Shown here: positions 28,850-39,963 of the stretch, in pieces
How positions within the stretch are numbered: the first letter of the stretch is position 1
How the letters are laid out: every line of letters begins with the position of its first letter
Assembly (NCBI GenBank): GCA_018402585.1
Contig: JAGYIO010000002.1
Location: 224,406-288,405 of the forward strand
Reading direction: 5' to 3'
Origin: Chthoniobacterales bacterium
Lineage (GTDB): Bacteria; Verrucomicrobiota; Verrucomicrobiia; Chthoniobacterales; JACTMZ01
DNA: 64,000 nucleotides
The notes under the pieces: model-generated
The model's database searches: none
Told to the model about the DNA's origin: nothing
What the model saw: only the letters and a program-made list of their open reading frames with translations
Program-made: the position numbers and the translations under genes

Positions 28850-29597
28850 GGTCCCTTTGCCCGCGCCCGAATTCCTTGCTGCCGGCGGACTGCTCTTTGC
28901 CTTCCAAGAAACGAGCATTTCGGGGTTGGTCATTATCGCGGCCCTCTTCATCGTTTCGATCTTCAGTTGGTCGGTCATGATCACCAAATTCCGCATGATC
29001 CGCTTTGCGCGCAAGCAAACCGAGCGGTTTTTCGCCATTTTCAAAAAATACCGCCAGCCCTTGCACGTTTACGAGACCGGGTTGTTTTTCGAGGGCTCGG
29101 CGGCCTATGCGGTTTATCGCGCCGGGTGCGAGGAACTTGCTTACCAGATGCTCGGGTCGGGCGAGGTGGATGACACCTTCTCCGCACGGGTCGAAGTGGC
29201 CGACCGCATCAGTCCGGCCCAAATGCGTTCGGTCACCGCGGCGATGGAACGCGCGGTGGGGGAGGCCGGCCTGCGCATGGAATCACAAATGATCATTCTG
29301 GCCACCGCGGTGAGCGGTTCGCCCTTCCTTGGCCTGCTCGGCACGGTCTGGGGTGTGATGGATACCTTCAGCGGCGTGGCCATGGCGGGCACCCCGAATC
29401 TGGCGGCCATGGCCCCGGGCGTTTCGGGTGCCTTGCTCACCACGGTGGTCGCGCTTCTCGTCGCGATTCCGGCCATGTTCGGCTACAATTTCCTGGTGAC
29501 CAGCCTGCGCGCCACGATTGTGCAGACCGACAATTTCGCGGCGCAACTTTCGTCCGACTTCGAACACCGTTTTGTGGATTACGAGCGAAAGGGTTGA
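28848..29597 (+). CDS. exbB: MotA/TolQ/ExbB proton-channel protein
   Basis: 249 aa from ATG 28848. Three TM helices and the conserved C-terminal block FLGLLGTVWGVMDTF...APGVSGALLTTVVALLVAIPA. An alternative ATG is at 28794. Confidence 0.85.
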   Translation: MVPLPAPEFLAAGGLLFAFQETSISGLVIIAALFIVSIFSWSVMITKFRMIRFARKQTERFFAIFKKYRQPLHVYETGLFFEGSAAYAVYRAGCEELAYQMLGSGEVDDTFSARVEVADRISPAQMRSVTAAMERAVGEAGLRMESQMIILATAVSGSPFLGLLGTVWGVMDTFSGVAMAGTPNLAAMAPGVSGALLTTVVALLVAIPAMFGYNFLVTSLRATIVQTDNFAAQLSSDFEHRFVDYERKG

Positions 29598-29600
29598 ACC

Positions 29601-30017
29601 ATGCGCCGCTACTCGGACAAACAGGCTCTCTCGACCATATCGGAAATCAACGTCACGCCGCTCCTCGACCTGGCTTTTGTGCTCCTGATCATTTTCATGA
29701 TCACCACGCCTTTGCTCGAAAACAGTACGGATCTCATCGTCCCGACCAGCGAGGCGGCGGAGGGCGCGGTTGATCCGGCCGAAGTGGTCACGGTTTCGAT
29801 CGATAAAAACGACGTGCTCAAACTGGGTGAGGAGGAAGTGACCTTCGCCCAGTTGGAGGAGAAACTCGCGAGCCTCCGCGCGGCTGACCCGCAGACCGCG
29901 GTGGTGGTGCGCCCGCACCGCGATTTGCCGGTGCAACGTTTCATTTCGGTCATGGACGTGATGGCCCGCGCCGGTATCACCAAAGTCGGCGTGATGACAC
30001 GGCCCGAGGGGATCTGA
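29601..30017 (+). CDS. exbD: ExbD/TolR biopolymer transport protein
   Basis: 138 aa. INVTPLLDLAFVLLIIFMIT with the conserved Asp in the TM helix, plus a periplasmic ExbD domain. Confidence 0.85.
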   Translation: MRRYSDKQALSTISEINVTPLLDLAFVLLIIFMITTPLLENSTDLIVPTSEAAEGAVDPAEVVTVSIDKNDVLKLGEEEVTFAQLEEKLASLRAADPQTAVVVRPHRDLPVQRFISVMDVMARAGITKVGVMTRPEGI

Positions 30018-30023
30018 CGCGCC

Positions 30024-30875
30024 ATGGGGGCACCCCGTTTCCGCTGGACCGTGGCCGGCGTGGCCCTCCTCCACGCCTTGGTGATCGGCTGGCTGCTTTG
30101 GTCGAGTCTGCGCGAGGTGTCCGAGCCGCAGGTCACCTGGATGAGTCCGGCCCAATTTCTCCCGCCCGAAGATGCGGAGGATCCGCAACCGCAACCGACG
30201 CCGGATCCGACCAAACCGCGCGATGAGCCCAAACCAGCCGAAACTCCGCTTACGGCGAAGAGCGAGATCCCGTTGCCCAGGCCGACGCCCACCCCCACCC
30301 CGGAGCCCACCCCGACGCCAACTCCGACCCCCACGCCCACTCCGAAGCCGTCGCCCAAGCCAACCCCCAAACCAACGGCGAAACCTTTGCCCAAACCGAG
30401 TCCGAAGCCCAGTCCGAAGGCGTCACCCAAGGCGAGCCCCAAGCCCAGTCCGAAGGCGTCACCCAAGGCCAGCCCCAAGGCCTCGCCGCAGGCCACGGCC
30501 AAAGCCATCCCGAAAGCGGAAAGTGCCCGCAGCGAATCGTCCGTGCCCAAAGCCGAAGCGGTTGGCGGCACGGTCGGCACCTCCGGCCGCGCGGCCTTCG
30601 GATGGTATCACGAAATGATCCACGACCGGTTCTTCGGTCTCTGGGAGCAACCGACCAGCATGGTTGGTCCGGCCAAGTTCAGCACAACCTTGAAAATCAC
30701 CATCGCGGCCGACGGTCGGGTCAGCAACTTCTCGGTCCTTCGTTCCTCGGGCAATGTGGTCATGGATGAAAGTGTGCTCGCCGCCGCCCGTCGGGTGGCC
30801 CGGATTGACGCCCCACCCAATGACCTGATTTCCGGCGGGTCCTACAGTGTGAATATCAACTTTGAACTGGATTGA
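30024..30875 (+). CDS. TonB/TolA-like energy transducer
   Basis: N-terminal anchor [19 protein letters not shown], a long (PT)n/(KPSP/KASP)n spacer, and a C-terminal TonB_C-like domain ([35 protein letters not shown]). Confidence 0.8.
   Translation: MGAPRFRWTVAGVALLHALVIGWLLWSSLREVSEPQVTWMSPAQFLPPEDAEDPQPQPTPDPTKPRDEPKPAETPLTAKSEIPLPRPTPTPTPEPTPTPTPTPTPTPKPSPKPTPKPTAKPLPKPSPKPSPKASPKASPKPSPKASPKASPKASPQATAKAIPKAESARSESSVPKAEAVGGTVGTSGRAAFGWYHEMIHDRFFGLWEQPTSMVGPAKFSTTLKITIAADGRVSNFSVLRSSGNVVMDESVLAAARRVARIDAPPNDLISGGSYSVNINFELD
30405..30476 (+). repeat. Two tandem 36-bp units (35/36 identical) inside the TonB-like Pro/Lys/Ser spacer
   Basis: aagcccagtccgaaggcgtcacccaaggc(g/c)agcccc occurs back-to-back at 30405-30440 and 30441-30476. 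Each unit encodes [13 protein letters not shown] wider low-complexity coding tract spans ~30283-30500. Confidence 0.85.
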
Positions 30876-30891
30876 GCGCGCCACTCGTGGA

Positions 30892-32013
<1,122 letters not shown>

Positions 32014-32029
32014 AAGAGCGAAAGCAAGA

Positions 32030-32064
32030 CGGCACCCGAGTTCACCCGGGCGCCGTTTCTTTTT
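32030..32064 (+). terminator. Rho-independent terminator-like hairpin between gap and pgk
   Basis: The cggcacccg / cgggcgccg stem has 8 of 9 pairs and an 8-nt loop. It is followed by tttcttttt. Confidence 0.45.
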
Positions 32065-32075
32065 CCGGCAAAACC

Positions 32076-33320
<1,245 letters not shown>

Positions 33321-33398
33321 CCGGCTTCTTGCCGTTTTCCTTATACCAACCTACTCTTCTTCTTCATTTCCCCGACCTCCGGTCAGGGCGGACACGAC

Positions 33399-34982
33399 AT
33401 GCGCAAATTCCTCCATCGGCAGCAGTTGGTGAAAAAAGGCCTGGCCTGCGGCAAATCCCGCCGCACGGTGGAGGACAGCCCGTGGCGCGAGGCGCTAGCC
33501 TGCGGTTGGCTGCCGCGGGTGGTTGTCTTTCTGCTTTTTGCCGTCGGTCTCGGGTTCCTCATTTTCACCGGCGGTCCGCAGGAAGAACCGCTCAAGAAAT
33601 ACCTCATCTGCCTGCTCGTCTTCGCCATTTCCATCGCGCAGCTCTGGGTCAACCATCCGCAGGCTTTCTACCGCAACTCAAGCCTCGCGCTCATTTACGG
33701 AATCCTCCTCACCCAGTTGGCCACGATCAAAGGCCTGCTCGTGTTGGCCGATACCGGGCGCATCGACTTGCAGATGTTGCCTGTGCTCATTCCCTACGCC
33801 TTCGCGCCGCTCGTTTTTTCGGTGCTGCTCGGCCGCCACCTCGGTCTCTTCGGTGCGGTGGTGGCCAGCTTGTGGGGCGCGTTTCTCATGCCGGTGATCG
33901 ACACGGTCTTCCTCGTCATTTCGCTCATCTCCGGGGTGGTTGCCGTGCTTTTCACGCTGCAAGTGCGCCGCCGCGGCCAACTCATCCGGGCCGGCCTTTA
34001 TGTCGGCGTGGCGGTTTGGTTGCTCGCCGCCATTTTTGGTCAGATCGGTCCCCGGCTGATCACCGAACCGCAACTCACCGATTGGGGCATGGTCGCAGGG
34101 CAAACTCTGGCCGCCTTCGGGGTCGGGGTGGGCACGGCTATTTTGGTCAGCGGCATCCTCCCTGTCCTCGAGCACATCTTCGGCATCACCACAGATATTT
34201 CGTGGCTCGAGTCGGCCGACCTGAACCATCCCTTGCTCAAACGCATGACCCTCGAGGCACCGGGCACCTACCATCACAGCCTCGCGGTGGCCAATCTGGC
34301 CGAAGCCGGTGCCGAATCCATCGGCGCGAATCCGACCATTTGCCGGGTCTGCGCGTATTTCCACGACATCGGGAAAATGGTGAAGCCGGAATATTTCAGC
34401 GAAAATATGGCCAGTGGGGTTAATCCCCATGACGACCTCGCTCCCTCCATGAGCGCGCTGATCATTCTTTCCCACGTCAAAGAAGGCGTCGATCTCGGCC
34501 TGAAAACTAAACTCAACGAATTGGTAGTCGACGTCATTCGCGAACACCACGGCAACTCGCTGGTCCGCTTTTTCCACGAGCGCGCGCAGCGCCAGTCCGA
34601 GGACGCCCGTCTCGGCGGAAAAATCATGAACCTCCGGGCCGAGGATGTCCCGGCCGTGCAGGAAGATAATTTCCGCTATCCCGGCCCGAACCCGCAGAGC
34701 AAAGAAAGCGGCATCATTTGCCTGGCCGACGCGGTGGAAAGTGCCTCGCGCAGTCTCAAACGCCCCACCCCGCAGCGGGTCGAGGACCTGGTCGACGAGG
34801 TGATCGGGCGCAAGATGGAGGAAGGCCTGCTCGGGGAGTGTCCGCTCACCTTGGCCGACCTCCGCAAGCTGTCCGCCAGTTTCCGCTTCACCCTGCTCAA
34901 CATGATGCATAGCCGCATCGCCTACGCCGAGGACGAGGAAAAGCCGGAAAAGTTTCCCGCGGAATCGAAGGCCACAGCTTGA
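33399..34982 (+). CDS. pgpH: 7TM-HD membrane phosphohydrolase (PgpH/YqfF family, c-di-AMP phosphodiesterase-like)
   Basis: 527 aa with a multi-TM core. The HD domain reads HHSLAVANLAE...YFHDIGKMVKPEYF...HHG. Confidence 0.8.
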   Translation: MRKFLHRQQLVKKGLACGKSRRTVEDSPWREALACGWLPRVVVFLLFAVGLGFLIFTGGPQEEPLKKYLICLLVFAISIAQLWVNHPQAFYRNSSLALIYGILLTQLATIKGLLVLADTGRIDLQMLPVLIPYAFAPLVFSVLLGRHLGLFGAVVASLWGAFLMPVIDTVFLVISLISGVVAVLFTLQVRRRGQLIRAGLYVGVAVWLLAAIFGQIGPRLITEPQLTDWGMVAGQTLAAFGVGVGTAILVSGILPVLEHIFGITTDISWLESADLNHPLLKRMTLEAPGTYHHSLAVANLAEAGAESIGANPTICRVCAYFHDIGKMVKPEYFSENMASGVNPHDDLAPSMSALIILSHVKEGVDLGLKTKLNELVVDVIREHHGNSLVRFFHERAQRQSEDARLGGKIMNLRAEDVPAVQEDNFRYPGPNPQSKESGIICLADAVESASRSLKRPTPQRVEDLVDEVIGRKMEEGLLGECPLTLADLRKLSASFRFTLLNMMHSRIAYAEDEEKPEKFPAESKATA

Positions 34983-35059
34983 GCTGTGGCGGCGCTCTCT
35001 GACCGGCGGATACCAGCTTCTGGCTTGGTCCGCGCTGTGCTCTGGCCTAAGCAGAGCGC

Positions 35060-35512
35060 ATGAGCATGGTCCCCGCATTGTCCTGGCTGAACCGCCAGCG
35101 GACGGTTTCCTCCCGTCAACTCCGGCTTCCTGTAGTCCGTCAGGTCGTGGAGCGCGCTTGGCCCGAGGTGGTCGCCGCTGAGCGGAGGGATTCGGTCCTG
35201 ACCAAGCAACCGGATATTTTCTTCGTGCTGGTCTCCAATGCCAAGATCGCCGCGCTGCACGAAGAATTCATGAATGAGCCGTCACCGACTGACGTGATCA
35301 CCTTCCAGCACGGGGAAATCGTGATCAGTGCCGAAAGGGCCGAAGGCGAGGCGCGGCAACGTGGTTTCTCCCTGCCGGAGGAAATCGCCCGCTACGCGGT
35401 GCACGGCATGCTGCACCTCGCCGGATGGTCCGACGCCAACCCTCGCGCCGCCGCCGCGCTGCATACTATTCAGGAGAAAATTTTGCGCCGCGCCCTGCGT
35501 GGATTGTGCTAA
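35060..35512 (+). CDS. ybeY: rRNA maturation endoribonuclease YbeY
   Basis: 150 aa. TDVITF and the zinc motif HGMLHLAGWSD. Confidence 0.9.
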   Translation: MSMVPALSWLNRQRTVSSRQLRLPVVRQVVERAWPEVVAAERRDSVLTKQPDIFFVLVSNAKIAALHEEFMNEPSPTDVITFQHGEIVISAERAEGEARQRGFSLPEEIARYAVHGMLHLAGWSDANPRAAAALHTIQEKILRRALRGLC

Positions 35513-35520
35513 CTTCGGCC

Positions 35521-36120
35521 ATGCTTGAGCCCGTGCCCACTTCCGACCCGGCGGCCGAAATCGCCGCCTGGTGGCGCCTCGTCGGACTGTGTCTGCCTTC
35601 CCATGAGGTTTGCGCTGCCCTCACCTTTGCTCCGGCGGGCTTTGAAACCCTTGGTGCCGACTGGGATCGCTGGGTGGCCGAGGTGTTTCTGCCCGTTTTA
35701 CATCCCGCCTTGACCGCCCTTCAGGCCGCGGCCGCGCGGCAGGATGTGGCAGCGGTTCTGGCCGAGGATACGGCACTCGGGACGGAGTTGCCGGGGGACT
35801 TGGCAGGCGGAAGTCTGGCCGCCGGACGGCACCTGCTGACCGCTTTTCAGCCTCCGCAGAGCGCCCGCCTGCTCGAGAGGCTTTCGGAGGCTGCGCTGGC
35901 CGATCCGTCGGCCGGTCACTTGGCCACCGTCTTTGCCGCCCGCGGCCAGGCCTTTCATCTGCCCTTCCTGCAGGTCGCCGGTGCGCTCCTCCTCGCTGAG
36001 TGTGTTCTCGGGGCGGATGCGGCGGGCCTGACCTTGCCGGCCGCGCAGACCATCGACCTGCTGCAAAGTGCCTTGGCTCGTATGGAGGCATTGCCTGCCG
36101 GCGAGCTGCTCGCAGTATGA
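35521..36120 (+). CDS. Ala/Leu-rich hypothetical protein
   Basis: 199 aa from ATG 35521. Its stop overlaps the clpS ATG (ATGA). I recognise no family with confidence. The C-terminal half (GHLATVFAARGQAFHL...LLLAECVLGADAAGLTLPAAQ) is faintly UreF-like. Confidence 0.5.
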   Translation: MLEPVPTSDPAAEIAAWWRLVGLCLPSHEVCAALTFAPAGFETLGADWDRWVAEVFLPVLHPALTALQAAAARQDVAAVLAEDTALGTELPGDLAGGSLAAGRHLLTAFQPPQSARLLERLSEAALADPSAGHLATVFAARGQAFHLPFLQVAGALLLAECVLGADAAGLTLPAAQTIDLLQSALARMEALPAGELLAV

Positions 36121-36407
36121 ATGGCACTGCGGTCGTTACCGAAGTCGAAACGCGCGACCAAGATGCGTTGGACGCTCCCTGGAATGTCGTGGTGCACAAT
36201 GATCCCGTGAATCTGATGTCCTACGTCACCATGGTCTTCCAACGGGTCATGGGTTTCCCGCGGGACAAAGCGATCAAGCACATGCTTGAGGTGCATCACA
36301 AAGGCAGATCCCTCGTCTGGTCCGGCGGGCGCGAGCGCGCGGAGTCCATCGTCGAGCAATTGCACGGCTATTTGCTCCTCGCCACGATCGAGCAGGCGGA
36401 ACTCTGA
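36117..36407 (+). CDS. clpS: ATP-dependent Clp protease adaptor ClpS
   Basis: 96 aa. WNVVVHNDPVNLMSYVTMVFQRVMGF...A...MLEVHHKGRS is the canonical ClpS core. Confidence 0.9.
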   Translation: MNGTAVVTEVETRDQDALDAPWNVVVHNDPVNLMSYVTMVFQRVMGFPRDKAIKHMLEVHHKGRSLVWSGGRERAESIVEQLHGYLLLATIEQAEL

Positions 36408-36410
36408 CTC

Positions 36411-36890
36411 ATGCGTTTCCGCCGCGCCTCGACCGATTCGTGGGAACTCCGCGACATCCACCCGCTCTTTGTCTCGCTTCTGGCCGAGTTGCCGAAGGTG
36501 GCCGCCCGCCACAAAAAAGCGCAGTCCCGACTTTATCCCGACCCGATCGGCGGGGCGGATCACGCGGAGCTTCGCCGCGATTGGAAGGAGCACGTAAGGC
36601 CGGAGTTGGAGCGACTGTTTGCCTCGAGTCGTGAGACCGTGGCCGGAGATGTGTCGGCACTCGATGGCCCCAATCACGGCGGCAAACTCGTCATCCCCGG
36701 CGGCCATCTGGCCGCCTGGCTCAATTCCCTCAACCAGGCACGCTTGGTCATTGTCGAAGAAAGTAATTTCAGCGAAGCCGACTTGGATCATCGGGAACCC
36801 CCGGATCTGGCCACGCGGCGCGGCCTCTCACTGCTCAAAATGCATTTTTACGCCCACCTGCAGGAGTTGCTCGTCGAGGCGGCGGGCTGA
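36411..36890 (+). CDS. Hypothetical protein, possibly DUF2017-like (ClpS-neighbour family)
   Basis: 159 aa, starting 3 nt after clpS. HLAAWLNSLNQARLVI resembles the DUF2017 signature found next to clpS in actinobacteria. This is recalled, not searched. Confidence 0.5.
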   Translation: MRFRRASTDSWELRDIHPLFVSLLAELPKVAARHKKAQSRLYPDPIGGADHAELRRDWKEHVRPELERLFASSRETVAGDVSALDGPNHGGKLVIPGGHLAAWLNSLNQARLVIVEESNFSEADLDHREPPDLATRRGLSLLKMHFYAHLQELLVEAAG

Positions 36891-37433
36891 GTGCCCATGG
36901 CTGCTGCCGAAACGACCGAGGCCATTCTGCTCCGCCGGGTGCGCTTCGGTGAGTCGAGCTTCGTGCTTATTTGGCTCTCGCCGGTGCACGGCAAAATCCG
37001 CTCCGCGGCCCGCGGCACGGCAAAGCGCGAGAGCAAATTGCGGGGAAGGTTGGATCTTTTTTACCACGCTGAAATTCAATTTGCGCCCGGACGGAAATCC
37101 GACCTGAGCGCCTTGCGCGAAGTGAAGCTGCTGCAGACTTGGGCAGGGTTGCGCAGCAGCTATGCGCGGCTGCTCGCCGCTTCTTATTTTGCGGAACTCT
37201 GCGATCTCCTGTCCGAGCCATCCCATGCCGCCCCGGAACTTTTTGACCTGCTCCGCCGGGCGCTGGGTCATCTCTGCGCCCAAGAACCGACGCACCGCTC
37301 CATCGAGTTCTTCGAGTCGGAGACTTGCCGTTTACTCGGTTTCGGGCACGACGGGAATGCCCTTGGCGCGATCGAGGCCCATACCGGTCGGATTCCGGCC
37401 AGCCGCCGGCGGTTCGCCGGGATCTTTGCCTGA
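36891..37433 (+). CDS. recO: DNA repair protein RecO (short form)
   Basis: 180 aa. The OB-fold N-terminus reads AILLRRVRFGESSFVLIWLSPVHGKIRSAARG...SKLRGRLDLF, followed by SYFAELCDLL...ELFDLL...FESETCRLLGF. Start is GTG 36891 or ATG 36897. Confidence 0.75.
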   Translation: MPMAAAETTEAILLRRVRFGESSFVLIWLSPVHGKIRSAARGTAKRESKLRGRLDLFYHAEIQFAPGRKSDLSALREVKLLQTWAGLRSSYARLLAASYFAELCDLLSEPSHAAPELFDLLRRALGHLCAQEPTHRSIEFFESETCRLLGFGHDGNALGAIEAHTGRIPASRRRFAGIFA

Positions 37434-37480
37434 CCGATTGGTTTATTGCCGCCGCCGTGCCCTCATCCTATGTTGGGCAG

Positions 37481-38185
37481 ATGGCGCCGGCCGCCTCCCC
37501 GAATTCACCCGAGTATATCGAGCGGGATCATGCTTCCTTGGCGCTGGAGGTTGCGGGTGACAAAGCTGCCTCGCGCGGTGATCAGCGCGAAGCTCTCTCC
37601 TGCTGGGCCGAGTCCCTCGGTACTTTTACCGACCGGGCCAAGTCGGCCGATGCGGCGCGCGTGGCTGCAAAATTGGCCGTGACCGAGGAGAGTCTGGGCG
37701 ATACGCAGAATGCCTGTGCTCACTACGCCCAAGCCGCCGATCTTTACCAACTGGCCGGCGACAAACACCGCGTGCCCCTCTGCCTGAACAATCTCGCCAT
37801 GCTGCGAAAGCTTTGCGGCGACTTGGAGGAAGCTGCTGTCCTGCTCGGGCGCGCCCTTGACGAGGCCTCGCGTTGCCATGGAAGCACGCACGGGGAGACC
37901 GCTCTCATTGCCAGCAATCTCGGTGCGGTACTCTGCGAGTGTGGCAACCTGCTTGGTGCCGAGCAGCGCCACATGCAGGCCCTCGGAATCAGGGAACAAC
38001 TTTTTGGACCGACACATCCCGAAGTCGGTTTGAGTCTCGGTCATCTCGGAGTGCTTCACCAGATGCGGGGTGACCACGAAGGGGCCGGCCGCTTTTACAC
38101 CTCCGCGCTCGCCATCCTCAATGAGTTCCCCCAGCTGCACGAACCCGAGCGGGCCATCTTCCGTGAAAACCTGGCCGGTCTTTGA
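37481..38185 (+). CDS. Tetratricopeptide (TPR_12-like) repeat protein
   Basis: 234 aa from ATG 37481. It has repeated A-x-x-Y-x-x-A/L-x-I motifs (NLAMLRKLCGDLEEAAVLLGRAL; NLGAVLCECGNLLGAEQRHMQAL; HLGVLHQMRGDHEGAGRFYTSAL). Confidence 0.75.
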   Translation: MAPAASPNSPEYIERDHASLALEVAGDKAASRGDQREALSCWAESLGTFTDRAKSADAARVAAKLAVTEESLGDTQNACAHYAQAADLYQLAGDKHRVPLCLNNLAMLRKLCGDLEEAAVLLGRALDEASRCHGSTHGETALIASNLGAVLCECGNLLGAEQRHMQALGIREQLFGPTHPEVGLSLGHLGVLHQMRGDHEGAGRFYTSALAILNEFPQLHEPERAIFRENLAGL

Positions 38186-38540
38186 GCAACCGCCTTGATC
38201 GACAGGCACGCCCCCGAGAAAACGAGGCTTCCGCGTGAGCGAGCCGGCCGCGAGCGAGCGGCCGCCTTCCTCTGGACCGTCGATTTGTTCCGGGAAACCT
38301 GGGGGCAACCGCTTGCTCCCGCAAAAGCGTTAGCGCAACGAGTGTTTACCTGGTCTCGCCTGATCCATCGCGGTTTCGACTACATGGCACCGGCATCCTG
38401 CCTCTGCCACGCTTCGGCAAAACCGCTGCAGTGCCTCAAAAGAGCCGCGCCGGAAACGCATTAAATTCGGGGAGGTATGGCGGATTGGTCGTCCCTTGTG
38501 TGCTCCGGCATTCGCAAAGTGGTTGAGGTCTCGGGAGTGA

Positions 38541-39398
38541 CTAACGACCTGGGGCGCGGAGGAGAAGGGTGACCCATTTGCCGCGGCGGGTTGAGGCTTC
38601 GAGTTGGAGGCCCCGGGCGGTAAAGCTGCTCAGGGTTTCCGTTTCCAGGCCGCGCAGGATGCCGGAGAGAATAAGGCAGGCCTTGGGCCTCAGCGTGGCG
38701 ACGATTTGCGAGGCGGCGGTGCAGAGGATTTCGCTGAAGACATTGGCCATGACCACGGAATAACGGCGGTTCGGGTGCCATGTGAGGAGATCGCGGCGGG
38801 TCAGGGTGATGCGGCTGCAGCGGTTGCGGCGAAGGTTGGCACGGGCCGCGGGAAGGGCGCGCGGATCGTAGTCGAAAGCATCGACGCGGGTGGCACCGAG
38901 CTTTTCGGCCGCAATGGCCAAAATTCCAGAACCGGTGCCGATATCCAAGGCGGTCCACCCCGGTTCCGGAGCGGCTGCCGTGCGGCGGAGCAGGCGCAGG
39001 CAGGCCGCGGTGGTGGCATGTTCGCCCGTCCCGAAAGCCATCGCGCCGGCAATGCGGAGCAGGATGCGGGGCTTGCTTCGAGCGGAAGGCCAGCGTCCGT
39101 GGGCGTCGATCACTCCGAGATTGGACGCGAATTGCAGCGGTCGGCGCGGGGCATTGGCCCGTTGGGCGATTTTCGCGGCGTCGAAGGATTCGATTTTGCC
39201 GCCAAAGTCCCGCGTCAGCCGGCGCAGGATGACCTCTCTGCCATAAGCTTCCAGCCGGATCATTTTTCCACCCGGGCGGGCCAAGCTGACCAGGCCGGTT
39301 CCGAGGAAGGCGAGTCGTTCGCGCCAGGCATCTTCGTGATGGGTGGAGGCGCGACGCACCCAACGCCGGACGTGGCGCGCGGCCGGTTTGGTTTTCAC
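38541..39398 (-). CDS. prmA: Ribosomal protein L11 methyltransferase
   Basis: 285 aa with a GTG start. FGTGEHATT, SAM motif LDIGTGSGILAIAAEKLGA, FDYDP and LILSGIL. Confidence 0.85.
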   Translation of the reverse strand: MKTKPAARHVRRWVRRASTHHEDAWRERLAFLGTGLVSLARPGGKMIRLEAYGREVILRRLTRDFGGKIESFDAAKIAQRANAPRRPLQFASNLGVIDAHGRWPSARSKPRILLRIAGAMAFGTGEHATTAACLRLLRRTAAAPEPGWTALDIGTGSGILAIAAEKLGATRVDAFDYDPRALPAARANLRRNRCSRITLTRRDLLTWHPNRRYSVVMANVFSEILCTAASQIVATLRPKACLILSGILRGLETETLSSFTARGLQLEASTRRGKWVTLLLRAPGR

Positions 39399-39459
39399 GC
39401 GGCCACGCTGGATTTATTTGCTTCGCGGCACAAGTCCGGGGCGGTTAGGGTTTTCCCTC

Positions 39460-39900
39460 ATGATCAAATCATACGCGGCATGGATCACCGGCCCCGGAGG
39501 AGAGTGGCTGAAGGATGTTGGCTTGCTCGTTCTGCGGGTCTGGCTGGGGTTGTCCATGCTGCTTTTGCATGGCTGGGGAAAGGTCGCGAGCCACGCGGAA
39601 ACCTCGGGCGGGTTCCCCGATCCACTGGGGGTGGGCAACGCGATAAGTTTGAACCTGGTCATTTTTTCCGAGGTTCTTTGCGCCGTGCTCTTGGTGGCCG
39701 GTTTGGCCGCGCGGCTCGCTTTGGTCCCGCTCATCGTGACCATGGCGGTGGCCTTTTTCCTCATCCACGGCGGACGTTTGGTCGGCGAGGGAAACGGCGA
39801 AATGGCTTTCCTCTACCTCGCCGGCTTTGTTGCCCTCTTGATCGCCGGTCCGGGCCGCTACTCTTTTGACCACTATGTCCTGCGGGCTTTCCGCGGGTAG
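39460..39900 (+). CDS. DoxX family membrane protein
   Basis: 146 aa from ATG 39460. LVLRVWLGLSMLLLHGWGK...EVLCAVLLVAGL...GPGRYSFD is the DoxX pattern. Confidence 0.8.
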   Translation: MIKSYAAWITGPGGEWLKDVGLLVLRVWLGLSMLLLHGWGKVASHAETSGGFPDPLGVGNAISLNLVIFSEVLCAVLLVAGLAARLALVPLIVTMAVAFFLIHGGRLVGEGNGEMAFLYLAGFVALLIAGPGRYSFDHYVLRAFRG

Positions 39901-39963
39901 GAGGAGTTGGCGAGGTGACGCCGGATTGGCAAGCAGGGTGATGGCTGGCTAGTCTTTTGCATT

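Noticed and set aside
30283-30500. Short-period repeats that could be mistaken for a CRISPR-like or minisatellite array
   Set aside because: They lie entirely in frame within the TonB-like CDS, have no spacer/repeat architecture, and encode the usual Pro-rich periplasmic linker.
33678-35078. 466-aa minus-strand ORF opposite pgpH
   Set aside because: It is a shadow of the 7TM-HD gene, and its translation is Gly/Arg/Glu/His-rich without TM or domain features.
38195-38464. 89-aa plus-strand ORF in the TPR/prmA spacer
   Set aside because: Its composition (Arg/Ala/Cys/His-rich) and the lack of an RBS or any motif make it unconvincing. It is kept only as part of the unexplained-gap observation.
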